Positions 26,664-36,579 of a DNA stretch of 64,000 bases are shown here, in pieces (the first letter of the stretch is position 1; each line of letters begins with the position of its first letter). Source of the stretch: a virus; the IMG/VR virus record IMGVR_UViG_2667527373_000007, positions 2,547 through 66,546 of that record. One strand, given 5' to 3'. The translations under genes were made by a program, and so were the position numbers. The notes under the pieces are model-generated. The model saw only the letters and a list, made by a program, of their open reading frames with translations. It searched no databases and was not told the DNA's origin.

Positions 26664-26826
26664 TTCTCTGACTATAGAATTCTGGTTTAAATTGTCTTGT
26701 TTGTAGAGTCCCTAATTGTTCCTCTATTTCCTTTGTCATATTTAGACATTCTCCTGCTGTGACTCCCTGAACTTCCTGAGTTACAGTACCATCTTGTGCG
26801 ATGGTAAATTTAATCGTTTCTTTCAT
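26623..26826 (-). CDS. DUF2997 family protein
   Basis: IKFTIAQDGTVTQEVQGVTAGECLNMTKEIEEQLG...KPEFY. Confidence 0.8.
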   Translation of the reverse strand: MKETIKFTIAQDGTVTQEVQGVTAGECLNMTKEIEEQLGTLQTRQFKPEFYSQRNVSLQYNQNKVKV

Positions 26827-26992
26827 GACTGGTTGAACAATATCCTTGATCGCATAACTTATGTAGTTTATCTACTAAATTTTGATACTGATCCCAGATA
26901 TATTCTGATCCAGTATTCTCTTGATATAACTTGCAAGCAGTTACCAAACGTGCAACATCATCCTCGTTAAGTCTCATGATAGTATTAAACAA
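26810..26992 (-). CDS. hypothetical protein
   Basis: 60-aa helical ORF in tandem arrangement. Confidence 0.6.
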   Translation of the reverse strand: MFNTIMRLNEDDVARLVTACKLYQENTGSEYIWDQYQNLVDKLHKLCDQGYCSTSHERND

Positions 26993-27011
26993 CTATCAAT
27001 AATTATAACAG

Positions 27012-27269
27012 TTATGCTGAGACTGCGCTATTGTTTATGTCGTGTCTCTGATATGCAGCAGGTGTACGTGTAGTATTGTCGTGATTCCTTGCTTGAAATG
27101 TGCCAGGTGTTCTAGTGTTATTACTATAATCCTTAGCAACATAATCACCATTCCAGTTCTTATATGTTACTGTAGTCCAACCCTCATTACCTGAGAACTG
27201 ATTAACTGTACTACTTCCAGGTTGAGGATTAGCAGCACTATTACTATAAGTATGTCTTTGATATGCCAT
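27012..27269 (-). CDS. hypothetical protein with internal repeats
   Basis: 85 aa; AYQRH at both ends and (N/T)TRTP twice; coupled to gp16. Confidence 0.7.
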   Translation of the reverse strand: MAYQRHTYSNSAANPQPGSSTVNQFSGNEGWTTVTYKNWNGDYVAKDYSNNTRTPGTFQARNHDNTTRTPAAYQRHDINNSAVSA

Positions 27270-27691
27270 TAGCGTTTACCTCCTCCCATTTGTTTTAACA
27301 TTTTTTGTAACTCTGATGTGCTACCAACAAACATAGCATTGTTAGTCACTTTAGTTGGACCTTTCTTTTCTTCATCTAGATCTTTCATCTTTTTATGTAG
27401 GTCAGCAAGTTTGTCAGTCATGTCTGCAACTTGCTTCATTGCATTAGTAGCAACTTCAAATGCTCTAGGATGTCCACTCTCTTGAGCAACCTCTAATGCA
27501 CCTCTAACTGCTTCACCACCCTGATCAATCAAAGTATATAATTGACCACGAGTATACTCATAATCCTTTTCACGATCCTCTGTGGCATCTTTCAGTTGAT
27601 CCTTTCTAGTAGTACAACCACCTTCAGGAGTATCTGAAACTTCAATGTCCAGAATGCTCTCCATATTTTCTTCTAGAGTATTATCTGCCAT
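27269..27691 (-). CDS. gp16: terminase small subunit
   Basis: DREKDYEYTRGQLY, ALEVAQESGHPRAFEV, NNAMFVGSTSELQKML. Confidence 0.92.
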   Translation of the reverse strand: MADNTLEENMESILDIEVSDTPEGGCTTRKDQLKDATEDREKDYEYTRGQLYTLIDQGGEAVRGALEVAQESGHPRAFEVATNAMKQVADMTDKLADLHKKMKDLDEEKKGPTKVTNNAMFVGSTSELQKMLKQMGGGKR

Positions 27692-27693
27692 GA

Positions 27694-28500
27694 TTATAAG
27701 TACGTAATTCCTTCATTAAATCCAAAGTCATCACCTGGATCCACTAATGCATCATCCAATCCATCAATATTTCCATCTTGGTTAATATCAGTCTTAGCCT
27801 TAGGAGTATATGTTCTCTCTATTGCTCTTCTATTAACAGAAAGATCACCAAGTGTTTCATAAACAATAGCTTTCTTGATAACATCAGATGTGCTGTAAGG
27901 ACCGTAGAAGTAAGTCTTACAAGTAAATTGCATCGTGTAAGTTATATATCTTCTTTCAAGATAACTTCCATCCCATGAGTCATCATAGTTTATACCATCT
28001 AATACTATTGCTATATCACGTTTCTCATCCATATCAGGAATCATGTTCAACGTAATAGAGAACGATGGCTGAAAGTACGGCAATATTTGCTCAGTAATCT
28101 GTAATGCATCATCCTGTGACTTAGCAATAACACCAAGTTCAAAACCTAAGTTATAAGGTACAGGAACATACTGAGTCTTTACTTCACTACCATTATCTGC
28201 AATGATAGTTTTATATTTTTGAATAGGAGAAGTCTTACGTGTTGAATCATATGAAATACTATTCATCTCAAAGTAGAGACGAGGAAGAGTAATTGACATC
28301 TTCCTTGTAATGTCTGGGTTATCTTCCAGACGAGCTAAGAACTTCTCTCTAGGTCCGTATGCTAAAGGTACTTTACTCTCTTCAAGAACATCACCTGTAC
28401 TAGGATCTTTCTTCTTCAACGTAATATTGTTGAAGAGAGTACCAAAAGAAATAATATTTTTACGAGTTATCTCGTTATAAAAGTGTGATCCTAACATCAA
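27694..28500 (-). CDS. gp15: tail sheath stabilizer / completion protein
   Basis: FGTLFNNI, KVPLAYGP, LPRLYFEM..ISYD..RK, VPYNLGFEL, EQILPYFQP. Confidence 0.94.
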   Translation of the reverse strand: MMLGSHFYNEITRKNIISFGTLFNNITLKKKDPSTGDVLEESKVPLAYGPREKFLARLEDNPDITRKMSITLPRLYFEMNSISYDSTRKTSPIQKYKTIIADNGSEVKTQYVPVPYNLGFELGVIAKSQDDALQITEQILPYFQPSFSITLNMIPDMDEKRDIAIVLDGINYDDSWDGSYLERRYITYTMQFTCKTYFYGPYSTSDVIKKAIVYETLGDLSVNRRAIERTYTPKAKTDINQDGNIDGLDDALVDPGDDFGFNEGITYL

Positions 28501-29381
28501 ATACTCCCTGTAAAGTTACCAAATTCACCGAAGGGATTCCCTTCACTCCAATCAATTATATTATCAGCAGCATCTTCGATTACTCTGTTATCATCGTACT
28601 CAGCATTTGTATCTTCTAAAGTATCGAAGGTTGAAACAACCCAGACTGCACTACTACTGTCTCCAGTAAGTGACTCTCCAGTAGCAAATGTACCTGTACG
28701 ATTTATAACCTGAATAATTCTAGTAGAATTATCCCAAGACTTAACCTCTGCCTCAGATCCAGATGTAGCACCTGTGACCTTCTCACCTACTGTAAAGTCT
28801 CCTGTACCACCTACTCCCATTGTAAGAGCAATAGCACTGGAGAATATAGTTTCTAGTTGATCTATCTCAGCAACACCAGTAGATATGTCGTCACTGCCAT
28901 ACTGATAAAGTTCAGCAGTCATAGTATAAAATTGGAGTTTACCAAACTGATAGAATGGTATCTCCTGTTGTACGAATTTTATTTCATACAAATCTTTTGT
29001 TAATGGGAAGTATAGAAGATCTCCTTCATTAGGTCTACCATCAGTTGTAAGTGCTGGATTATTAGCAGCAACTGCTTCATCCCACCTACGACTAGAGACT
29101 CTGAATACTACCTCATCTGTTATTCTTACACCAAATTGACTGACGAATTCTGCACCATCTCCAAATCCCTCTACATTCTGTAGAAGCATCTCTACTTGAA
29201 ACTCATCCTGATATTTGTTATAGACAATATCATCTAATGTATTATCTTTCAAGATAGTTCTTGGTAGATAATAGATATCAGTACCAAACATCTTGATCTG
29301 TTCATCGACAAGATCTTGGTACAGAGTCTGCTCACCAGCATCTCCTGCGTAATAAGTTGGAAAGTAGGGACTAGTAGGCAT
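28497..29381 (-). CDS. gp14: neck protein
   Basis: EQIKMFGTDIYYLPR, SQFGVRITDE, RPNEGDLLYFP, FYQFGK, NPFGE. Confidence 0.94.
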   Translation of the reverse strand: MPTSPYFPTYYAGDAGEQTLYQDLVDEQIKMFGTDIYYLPRTILKDNTLDDIVYNKYQDEFQVEMLLQNVEGFGDGAEFVSQFGVRITDEVVFRVSSRRWDEAVAANNPALTTDGRPNEGDLLYFPLTKDLYEIKFVQQEIPFYQFGKLQFYTMTAELYQYGSDDISTGVAEIDQLETIFSSAIALTMGVGGTGDFTVGEKVTGATSGSEAEVKSWDNSTRIIQVINRTGTFATGESLTGDSSSAVWVVSTFDTLEDTNAEYDDNRVIEDAADNIIDWSEGNPFGEFGNFTGSI

Positions 29382-29382
29382 T

Positions 29383-30195
29383 TTATCCGATCATATCCAT
29401 TGGTGGAACAGCATACTTACTGAGAACTTCACCTTCTATCATCCTTAAATCAGATTGACCATCTTCAAATATCTGTCTACCATTTAGTGTTACACCACCT
29501 GGTAATTTGACATCATTATATTTAATCAGATTCTGACCCCACTGCTTCTTCATAAGAGCAGTAGCATATCTTTTTACAAAGATATCATTATACATCTCAG
29601 TAGCATCAGTTGGATCTAACAAACGATGGCATTCAATTAATAAGTGCTGTCCTTCTTGAAGAAAGTCCTTATCAATATCTAAGTATAAACGATCACGACG
29701 TTGTGTAAATCTAAACTGTTGGAAGGAACCATTATTTAAAACCATATCTAATGTTTCAAGATATTGCTTTGTCATATAATAGTTAAGAATGTCAAGTGAT
29801 CCGAATGCATATAAGTCATTCAAGAACATTCGATATTCAATACCAAAAAGATTGGAACGGATGGAGTTACCAACCATTCCAAATACCTTACTAATACCTG
29901 TTACATGAGCTGGTATTGGAATATAATTTGTTGCTTCCTGCCAAGTGGTTGTAACAGCACCTTCTACTTTCGTAGTATCTACAGTAGCTGCAAGACGAGT
30001 TTTATCATCCGCAGTTATTTCATGCTTCAGATAAGTACGTTCCATGCCATTATAACAATTCTCCTGGAAGAATTGAAATGTGTCATCAATTACGTTATTT
30101 ACCTGCTCATCATCAATGTTTACCTGTAGCACAGGTTCACCTAATTGCCGTTTGCAGTACGTTACAAGTTCTGCTTTAGTGGTAGGTGTTGCCAT
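29383..30195 (-). CDS. gp13: neck protein
   Basis: YCKRQLGEPVLQVN, WGQNLIKY..VKLPGGVTLNG. Confidence 0.94.
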   Translation of the reverse strand: MATPTTKAELVTYCKRQLGEPVLQVNIDDEQVNNVIDDTFQFFQENCYNGMERTYLKHEITADDKTRLAATVDTTKVEGAVTTTWQEATNYIPIPAHVTGISKVFGMVGNSIRSNLFGIEYRMFLNDLYAFGSLDILNYYMTKQYLETLDMVLNNGSFQQFRFTQRRDRLYLDIDKDFLQEGQHLLIECHRLLDPTDATEMYNDIFVKRYATALMKKQWGQNLIKYNDVKLPGGVTLNGRQIFEDGQSDLRMIEGEVLSKYAVPPMDMIG

Positions 30196-30222
30196 TCTTA
30201 ACCATAGTACCTTCCTTTGTAT

Positions 30223-30435
30223 TTAGTCAGGTGCTACTTCTGGTGTTACTGGAGGTGCTTCTGCTGGTGCTCCACCTTCTCCTTCACCTTCTAAAAGTCC
30301 TAGTGTTTCTAGTCCACCAGTCAATTTTAATCTATACTCTTTTGCCTTCGCAAGATTCTCTTCGAGTTCTCTGATCTGAGTATCAGTCTTCTCAATCTGC
30401 TCTGTGAAGTTCTTTTTCAATTGTGCTGGATCCAT
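30223..30435 (-). CDS. small coiled-coil hypothetical protein
   Basis: 70 aa, last gene of the oxygenase cassette. Confidence 0.7.
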   Translation of the reverse strand: MDPAQLKKNFTEQIEKTDTQIRELEENLAKAKEYRLKLTGGLETLGLLEGEGEGGAPAEAPPVTPEVAPD

Positions 30436-30441
30436 ATCTAA

Positions 30442-30981
30442 TCACGGTATAAAGTTATAGTTTATCACAAATCTGGAATTTTGTGTAGGCTTGCTGCTTG
30501 CGTGAAAACGTAAACCATCAAAGAATACACAACGTCCTTTCTTTGGTGAGACAGTAGTATTTATACCATATTCTCCAACGGGATCTCCATACATCTTCTC
30601 ACTAAAGTACGTATCTCCGTCACTGTCATTCACATAATATAGACATACATTATGAAAATCTGGTATGTCAACATGCATCTGATCATACTCATGCTCTCTA
30701 ACTCCAGGTGTTTGTAGGAAACATCTCGCACGCAACACCTTTGAGATATTTAATTTTGCATTATCACATGCTTCATATACAAGTGGCATTAATAATCCAC
30801 TGAAATCACTACATGATTCTCCATTAAGAATAAACATATGAGAGAATCCTATCAGTTGATGATCACCATCCTCTACAAGGTTATCATGATAGACCCATCT
30901 GAAGTCAGTATTAAACCTAAGAGTATCCTCTACTGTATTTTGATATGACTTATCAATACAATCATCAATAATGCTCTTCAT
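30442..30981 (-). CDS. 2OG-Fe(II) oxygenase
   Basis: HVD...LYYVNDSDGDT...FFDGLRFHAS...RFVINYN. Confidence 0.8.
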   Translation of the reverse strand: MKSIIDDCIDKSYQNTVEDTLRFNTDFRWVYHDNLVEDGDHQLIGFSHMFILNGESCSDFSGLLMPLVYEACDNAKLNISKVLRARCFLQTPGVREHEYDQMHVDIPDFHNVCLYYVNDSDGDTYFSEKMYGDPVGEYGINTTVSPKKGRCVFFDGLRFHASSKPTQNSRFVINYNFIP

Positions 30982-31591
30982 CTGGTCCCTCCACTGCCCA
31001 TGTAATATTACCTGCGACAGTTACTCTTTCATGATCACTAGTATAATAAGGATAAACAGCATGATTAGTAGTAGCAGGAAATAAAAGCATACTACCATTC
31101 CATGAATTATCTACTGGCAATACTTCTCCTTCTAATTGAAATGCACCATTACTTTTATGTGCATCCCTCTCATTAGGACCATAAGGTATATCAATGAATA
31201 TAGCAAAACTAGCAATACCAGCATGATTATGCATAGGATTATATTCTCCTTTCTTTTGATAATTAACCCATAGATTATGAAGTTTCATAAATCTTGTTGG
31301 ATCCTTACAAGTATTAAACTCCCAAGGACATGTCAAATATATTTCATTCCATAACTTTGCAGCATTATTTAAAAGGTATTGTTCTAATCCTGGACATTCG
31401 TATTTGTGTTCACCTAGACTAGATTGTTGATTTAATGCTCCAGCAAGTCTCCAATTAAAATTCCATATCTTATCATGTCTTCTTCTTTCACAATAAGAAC
31501 GAAGATCATTATAGATATTCTCTGGTAATTTCTCTGCTACAAATGTTAAATTTGATTGAGTATGTATATTATCCATAATATAAATCTGCAC
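30965..31591 (-). CDS. putative 2OG-Fe(II) oxygenase (HxH type)
   Basis: WVNYQKKGEYNPMHNH...LFPATTNHAVYP...RVTVAGN. Confidence 0.8.
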   Translation of the reverse strand: MQIYIMDNIHTQSNLTFVAEKLPENIYNDLRSYCERRRHDKIWNFNWRLAGALNQQSSLGEHKYECPGLEQYLLNNAAKLWNEIYLTCPWEFNTCKDPTRFMKLHNLWVNYQKKGEYNPMHNHAGIASFAIFIDIPYGPNERDAHKSNGAFQLEGEVLPVDNSWNGSMLLFPATTNHAVYPYYTSDHERVTVAGNITWAVEGPDEEHY

Positions 31592-32066
31592 TTAATGAGT
31601 AACGTTTTTCATCATCCATTCCTCTACCTGGTATATGCGGAAGATTGGAAGGGAATATAAACCAAGTTAACATTTTCTTTGGTAAGAAATATCTACCACC
31701 TGGCATTGGAAACATTGTAGTTCCAGATTGTTTAGTAAATCGTAAGAACATTATACCAGATAAAGTATATGGATTCTCACTGTTATGAGCGTGCATATAA
31801 GGTTCTTTTGGATTTCCTTTCCAATCAACATATACCCAAGAATTTATTTTGTAATTAGATACATCCATATCCCAATATCTAGAACATGAATCATAATATG
31901 AATATTTTAATTTTTCTAGAACTGGAATTTGATATTCTAAAAAGTAATCCTCAGTCTTTGAAACAGTAGGATTATCTTGATATGTTATATTATCAATAAA
32001 ATCTATCAGAGTATCTAACTCATCATTATTTAACTGACATGGATATTCTTTAATTCCTAGTACCAT
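31569..32066 (-). CDS. putative 2OG-Fe(II) oxygenase (HxH type)
   Basis: HAH...LSGIMFL...FIFPSNLPH...RYSLSAD. Confidence 0.7.
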   Translation of the reverse strand: MVLGIKEYPCQLNNDELDTLIDFIDNITYQDNPTVSKTEDYFLEYQIPVLEKLKYSYYDSCSRYWDMDVSNYKINSWVYVDWKGNPKEPYMHAHNSENPYTLSGIMFLRFTKQSGTTMFPMPGGRYFLPKKMLTWFIFPSNLPHIPGRGMDDEKRYSLSADLYYG

Positions 32067-32656
32067 TTTCTAGTTGTCTGACTTATGATTTGAGCATGTA
32101 TTTTAGGATCACAAAAAGAAAACGCAATGGTTGTTCTTATATCATTTCCAATTAAATCATTAGGAGGATGTCCTTTGTGTTCCCAATTAGAAGGAATAAA
32201 TGCACCTGAGTTTGGCATATATGGTACATAATGGTAGACACCATCAGGACTTTGGGCAACAAACTCTCCACCCCATTCTATATTCCAATAATGTTGATTG
32301 AAATAAATGAATGTCCATACATCATCTTCCTGAAAGTCTTTATGAAAAACTGTGTTCTGTCCAGCAGTCTGACCATTAACATGTATCTTACACAACTTCA
32401 ATGGTCTCCTAAGATATTTCATCATCTTAAGTTTAACTGTAGTAGCACACTTCTCAAATATTAAATCTGTTCTTAATGGATGTTGCCATGATATAGGATC
32501 ACCCTTTCCATAAGATGCATTATTATATGTCCATGTTGCAAGACTATTAATAGCAGGTGACTTACGATCAAAATATTGATATAAAATATCTATTTCATTT
32601 CTTGGAAGGACATCATAGATTACTATTGGTTGATTCATGCAGCCCACCATAACCAT
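32057..32656 (-). CDS. 2OG-Fe(II) oxygenase
   Basis: HKD...WGGEF...FIPSNWEHKG...RTTIAF. Confidence 0.82.
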   Translation of the reverse strand: MVMVGCMNQPIVIYDVLPRNEIDILYQYFDRKSPAINSLATWTYNNASYGKGDPISWQHPLRTDLIFEKCATTVKLKMMKYLRRPLKLCKIHVNGQTAGQNTVFHKDFQEDDVWTFIYFNQHYWNIEWGGEFVAQSPDGVYHYVPYMPNSGAFIPSNWEHKGHPPNDLIGNDIRTTIAFSFCDPKIHAQIISQTTRKWY

Positions 32657-33225
32657 CCTGTAATAATATATTTCTCATGTTCCTCAGAGATTTGTCCTCT
32701 GTGCTTATGAGTTAATCCAGCAGGAAATATAACTGTATTACCTTTTAAAGCTCTAGTAGTATAGTCTTGATAATAAAACTCAGTACCACCATTAGGAACA
32801 TCATTTAGATATGTGATAAACACAAATGCTCTATCACATCCATCCAAACCAGAAGCATCTACATGCCATGTATAAAAACCATCTCCAGGTTTGTAGTATT
32901 GAATCTGTGGTAGATGTTTCATTACAAACTCTAGGTTCTCAATTTTTAAATCATCAAGATAAGAAGCAATAAAACCATCTAATTCATTTGAATACTTATC
33001 GTATTTAAAATCATCAGGTTTACCAAGACTACCTCCTTCACCCAACATAAAATCTTTACTCTTTTTGATATCAGGTATTATACTTCCACCACCTACTCTA
33101 CCAGCATAAGTGAGATCATTCTTATCAGCTTTCCAAAATAGATCTATGAGACTATCACAGATACTAAGATCCTTCAGTTGATATTCTTTAATAAAATTCA
33201 TTTGTATGCTGGTCCTTGTGTCCAC
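32635..33225 (-). CDS. 2OG-Fe(II) oxygenase (prolyl-4-hydroxylase-like)
   Basis: QIQYYKPGDGFYTWHVD...YLNDVPNGGTEF...IFPAGLTHKHRG...KYIITGW; the start is probably MNFIKEY. Confidence 0.88.
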   Translation of the reverse strand: MDTRTSIQMNFIKEYQLKDLSICDSLIDLFWKADKNDLTYAGRVGGGSIIPDIKKSKDFMLGEGGSLGKPDDFKYDKYSNELDGFIASYLDDLKIENLEFVMKHLPQIQYYKPGDGFYTWHVDASGLDGCDRAFVFITYLNDVPNGGTEFYYQDYTTRALKGNTVIFPAGLTHKHRGQISEEHEKYIITGWLWWAA

Positions 33226-33764
33226 CCTACTAATGATTTCCTAACACCAGAAGTAACTTCTCTCACTCTGTGTGGTGTATCAGCATGAAATAGTATGATG
33301 TCTTTCTTTTTCAATTCTACTACATGTTTCTCATTTGTAAAAATCTCAAACTCTCCTCCTTCAAATTCATCATTCAATAATATAGTAAAACTAATCTTCC
33401 TTACTCTACCATTCTGTCTTTTACCAGGAGACCAATTTGATTCATCAATATGCCAATCATAGAAATCTCCTTTCTCATACAATGTATTCTGGAGTGGTTC
33501 TATAAAATCAATATCAAAATTCCATTCTGCTTTTGAATTTGCAAATCTAACTAATCCATCTACCAATGGATATACAGCATTATCATCTATCCAACAAGCT
33601 TTAGATTCTCTGTCTGGATGATCTTCACTATTATATTCTTTTCCATCCCATTGCTCAGTCTTACATCTTGTATAATCATCATACTTTTCAATTACTTTTT
33701 CAAGCTGCGGAAAAAAGTCGTCATCTAAATGAACAATTAGATAACTATGTCTGAAACAATTCAT
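33198..33764 (-). CDS. 2OG-Fe(II) oxygenase (PKHD-type)
   Basis: YDWHID...RKISFTILLNDEFEGGEF...PHRVREVTSGVRKSLVGW. Confidence 0.9.
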   Translation of the reverse strand: MNCFRHSYLIVHLDDDFFPQLEKVIEKYDDYTRCKTEQWDGKEYNSEDHPDRESKACWIDDNAVYPLVDGLVRFANSKAEWNFDIDFIEPLQNTLYEKGDFYDWHIDESNWSPGKRQNGRVRKISFTILLNDEFEGGEFEIFTNEKHVVELKKKDIILFHADTPHRVREVTSGVRKSLVGWTQGPAYK

Positions 33765-35482
33765 TTTTTACAAACCATAATATGAACACCGTTCCACCAA
33801 CCATTAGGATCTTCTGGAACAGGAGAAAGAATCTTTCTATCAAATAAAACTTTTATTTCATTTTCTTTAACCCAAATATTTGCTGACTCTACAACACCCA
33901 TAAAATTAGCATCATCTATTACTATTATAAACTGATCGTCCATAATTGTATAGAGGTATGTTAGATTATCATATTGTTGTTGTGGATCATGACTAGCATC
34001 ATAAAATATAACATTACATTTCTTACCATTAAAATGACTTTCAGATAATTTCTGAATAGTTAATGGTAAAAATATTTGATTTGGTTTTAATGATCTAAGT
34101 AAAGTATTCTTTGGATTTTCTACTTTGTATCCTTCATGTCCTATAACTTTATTACCTGCATCCCATGCATCCTTTTCACGGAAAGGTGCAATATTAGATT
34201 CTGAATAATCATCAACACAGAATGATGTAAGATCATTATTCATAGTAGCAGCAACAAAAGTACTACCAGCATGTACACCTAATTCCAAGTACACTGCATC
34301 TTCTTTAGAACATAAGTTATTTAAAAAATGTCTAACAATATTAGATGACAGTCCTGGTATATCATATCCTTCTTCTACAAAATTACTTTCTCTTCTTCCT
34401 GCCTTTTCAATAGAATCCAACACCAATTTAATATCAGGATCCATTGTTCTTTCACCCTTTTTCATTCTAGAGTGAACAACAGAATCACAGTAATTACATT
34501 CCCAACAATCAAACTTACAAGTCTTAATCTTGTTTCTCCATATATCAATTGGTTTCTCTTCTAGTGTAGTATCTTCAATATACTGATCAAATTGAGGATA
34601 TAATAATTCCTCATCACTAGACCATCTCTTGATGATATCCATAGATTCCATTAAACGCATAGCATTTTCTCTACCATGCATCTTAAATACATCTATGCCA
34701 AGATCAAGAAACTCTTGCCAATCTTCTTTCCAAGGTGGAATTGTTGCTTGCTTTAAAGCATTTGCTGGATCTCTTTCATCCCAACCAGAACAAGAAACCC
34801 TACTAATTGAATCATTAAAATATTGTGGATCTTTTTCCTCCCTCACCATATTGTAATGATAATGTTCTGGCATGATAGGGCAACCACCCCAACACCACTC
34901 ATTAGCAAGAAGTGATATCTTAACTGGTTTACCTATTTCAGCACAATATGCTTTTGCCTTCATGATGCGATCTAACTGATCACGATCACGCATTAAATCT
35001 CTATCAAGATTCACATAATGAAATCCTGCCTTTGCTAGATTAACTATCTCGTTTGCTCTGGTTACTTCTCTGAGGATAGTATTTTTAATAAAAATATCTG
35101 GAAATGCTTTCTGTATCTGTCCAGTTAACGCCCATGTTGTATGAGGAATGGTGATAATTTTAACACCTGCTTCATACAAAGGAGCAAAGTTCTGAATAAA
35201 AATATCCAGATTTCTCTGATTAGGAGTTACCTGGATATTATTAAATGTTGCTGACAGAGGGATACCAGTTTGTTCAGAAACATACAATGCATTGAATGTA
35301 GTTTCTCTTTCATCACCATCTATTACGTCACCCATTGCATCCTGCTGAAAAGGAGGCATACGACACGTAAAATATATGTCGTAAATATAATCCTTATATT
35401 CTTTCAGGAATGGAATAAATGATTGTGTTACAAATTCTTCAGGAAGTTTTGTATTCAGTGGGATTGAGAAATGTTTCGCCAT
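33761..35482 (-). CDS. peptidase-U32-like Fe-S protein fused to a class I SAM-dependent methyltransferase
   Basis: GFHYVNLDRDL, NEWCWGGCP, RVSC, LGIDVFKMHGRE, CKFDCWECNYC; C-terminal YLELGVHAGSTF, VIFYDASH, IVIDD. Confidence 0.75.
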   Translation of the reverse strand: MAKHFSIPLNTKLPEEFVTQSFIPFLKEYKDYIYDIYFTCRMPPFQQDAMGDVIDGDERETTFNALYVSEQTGIPLSATFNNIQVTPNQRNLDIFIQNFAPLYEAGVKIITIPHTTWALTGQIQKAFPDIFIKNTILREVTRANEIVNLAKAGFHYVNLDRDLMRDRDQLDRIMKAKAYCAEIGKPVKISLLANEWCWGGCPIMPEHYHYNMVREEKDPQYFNDSISRVSCSGWDERDPANALKQATIPPWKEDWQEFLDLGIDVFKMHGRENAMRLMESMDIIKRWSSDEELLYPQFDQYIEDTTLEEKPIDIWRNKIKTCKFDCWECNYCDSVVHSRMKKGERTMDPDIKLVLDSIEKAGRRESNFVEEGYDIPGLSSNIVRHFLNNLCSKEDAVYLELGVHAGSTFVAATMNNDLTSFCVDDYSESNIAPFREKDAWDAGNKVIGHEGYKVENPKNTLLRSLKPNQIFLPLTIQKLSESHFNGKKCNVIFYDASHDPQQQYDNLTYLYTIMDDQFIIVIDDANFMGVVESANIWVKENEIKVLFDRKILSPVPEDPNGWWNGVHIMVCKK

Positions 35483-35699
35483 AATCTTTAATCACTTTTT
35501 CCACAAATATATGTTCATTAGCAGTATCTGATAACAAAGCTTTGTTATCAATTGCAAGTTGTCTCAATACAGGTCTGTTAAGATCCTTGTCTTTATTTTC
35601 GAGCGCGTACCGATCATATACTAACATGTGTATGACAGGTAACAGCTCTTCCCATCTCTCAGCACTTGCTGACCATGTTGCTCCAGGACTATTCGGCAT
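35439..35699 (-). CDS. hypothetical protein
   Basis: 86-aa ORF coupled within the cassette. Confidence 0.7.
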   Translation of the reverse strand: MPNSPGATWSASAERWEELLPVIHMLVYDRYALENKDKDLNRPVLRQLAIDNKALLSDTANEHIFVEKVIKDYGETFLNPTEYKTS

Positions 35700-36579
35700 C
35701 TTTTGTTCCCTCTTTCAAATGTAGCTGTCCTGAATATTTATGGCTTAAAAACTTTGGCATTGTAATACCTTCACCTTTTAACTGCTCTTGAATAGCAGGA
35801 GCAAAAGTTTTTTGTATTTTATCAACACCACCACCTATCATTCCAGAGAATTGAACTGCTACTTCTAGACATGCAACCTGATCTTCTTCAGGCATATCTA
35901 AAATAGAAGTCATATTACCAGCACCAATTCTACCATAGGAAATAATATCCATAGCAGCTTGCTTGCCCATTCTCGCGATCCAATAAGTCTTCTCCTCAGC
36001 CTCATGTTCTGTTAAGAAATACTCTAAAGGATGATCATCATCAACATATTTTTTAACAATATCCAAGAAGTACTTTAACTCCAATTCTGACTGACGGAGT
36101 TTTCTTCTCCAGATACCAATGTCATAATCATTTTTCTCTAAATCAATCTGAATAAATCCAGCATCAATATCATCTCCACCTTCTGCTTCTACATTCTCAA
36201 TAGAACGAAGGAATTTCTTTCTAAGTAATTCTGCTTTTCTAAGACTATGCCTATTTTCCATATAAGCATGATATCTAGTTTCTAGTTCCATCAATGCTTG
36301 ACGGACTTTTCTCCAAGGAGTAATTTGTGAGTCTGCCACAAAATGCTCACATTGAAATCTAGTCATACCGCTATTAAAGCGCATTGAACCTACTAGAATA
36401 TCAAAGTCATTATCATCAAAATCGAATTCATTAACGAATGATTTTGCTAGGTTAATTTCACCTGTTTCACTACTAACGATGTTATTTACGTCAGCAATAA
36501 TATCCGATAACTCTGCGTTATAATCTAATCGCGTTTTGTTAGGATCACTACTAGTTGTCAGACTAGAATTTAAAGACAT
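35689..36579 (-). CDS. hypothetical helical protein of the fibre-associated cassette
   Basis: 296 aa; MTRFQCEHFV...TPWRKVRQALMEL; coupled to its neighbours. Confidence 0.75.
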   Translation of the reverse strand: MSLNSSLTTSSDPNKTRLDYNAELSDIIADVNNIVSSETGEINLAKSFVNEFDFDDNDFDILVGSMRFNSGMTRFQCEHFVADSQITPWRKVRQALMELETRYHAYMENRHSLRKAELLRKKFLRSIENVEAEGGDDIDAGFIQIDLEKNDYDIGIWRRKLRQSELELKYFLDIVKKYVDDDHPLEYFLTEHEAEEKTYWIARMGKQAAMDIISYGRIGAGNMTSILDMPEEDQVACLEVAVQFSGMIGGGVDKIQKTFAPAIQEQLKGEGITMPKFLSHKYSGQLHLKEGTKDAE

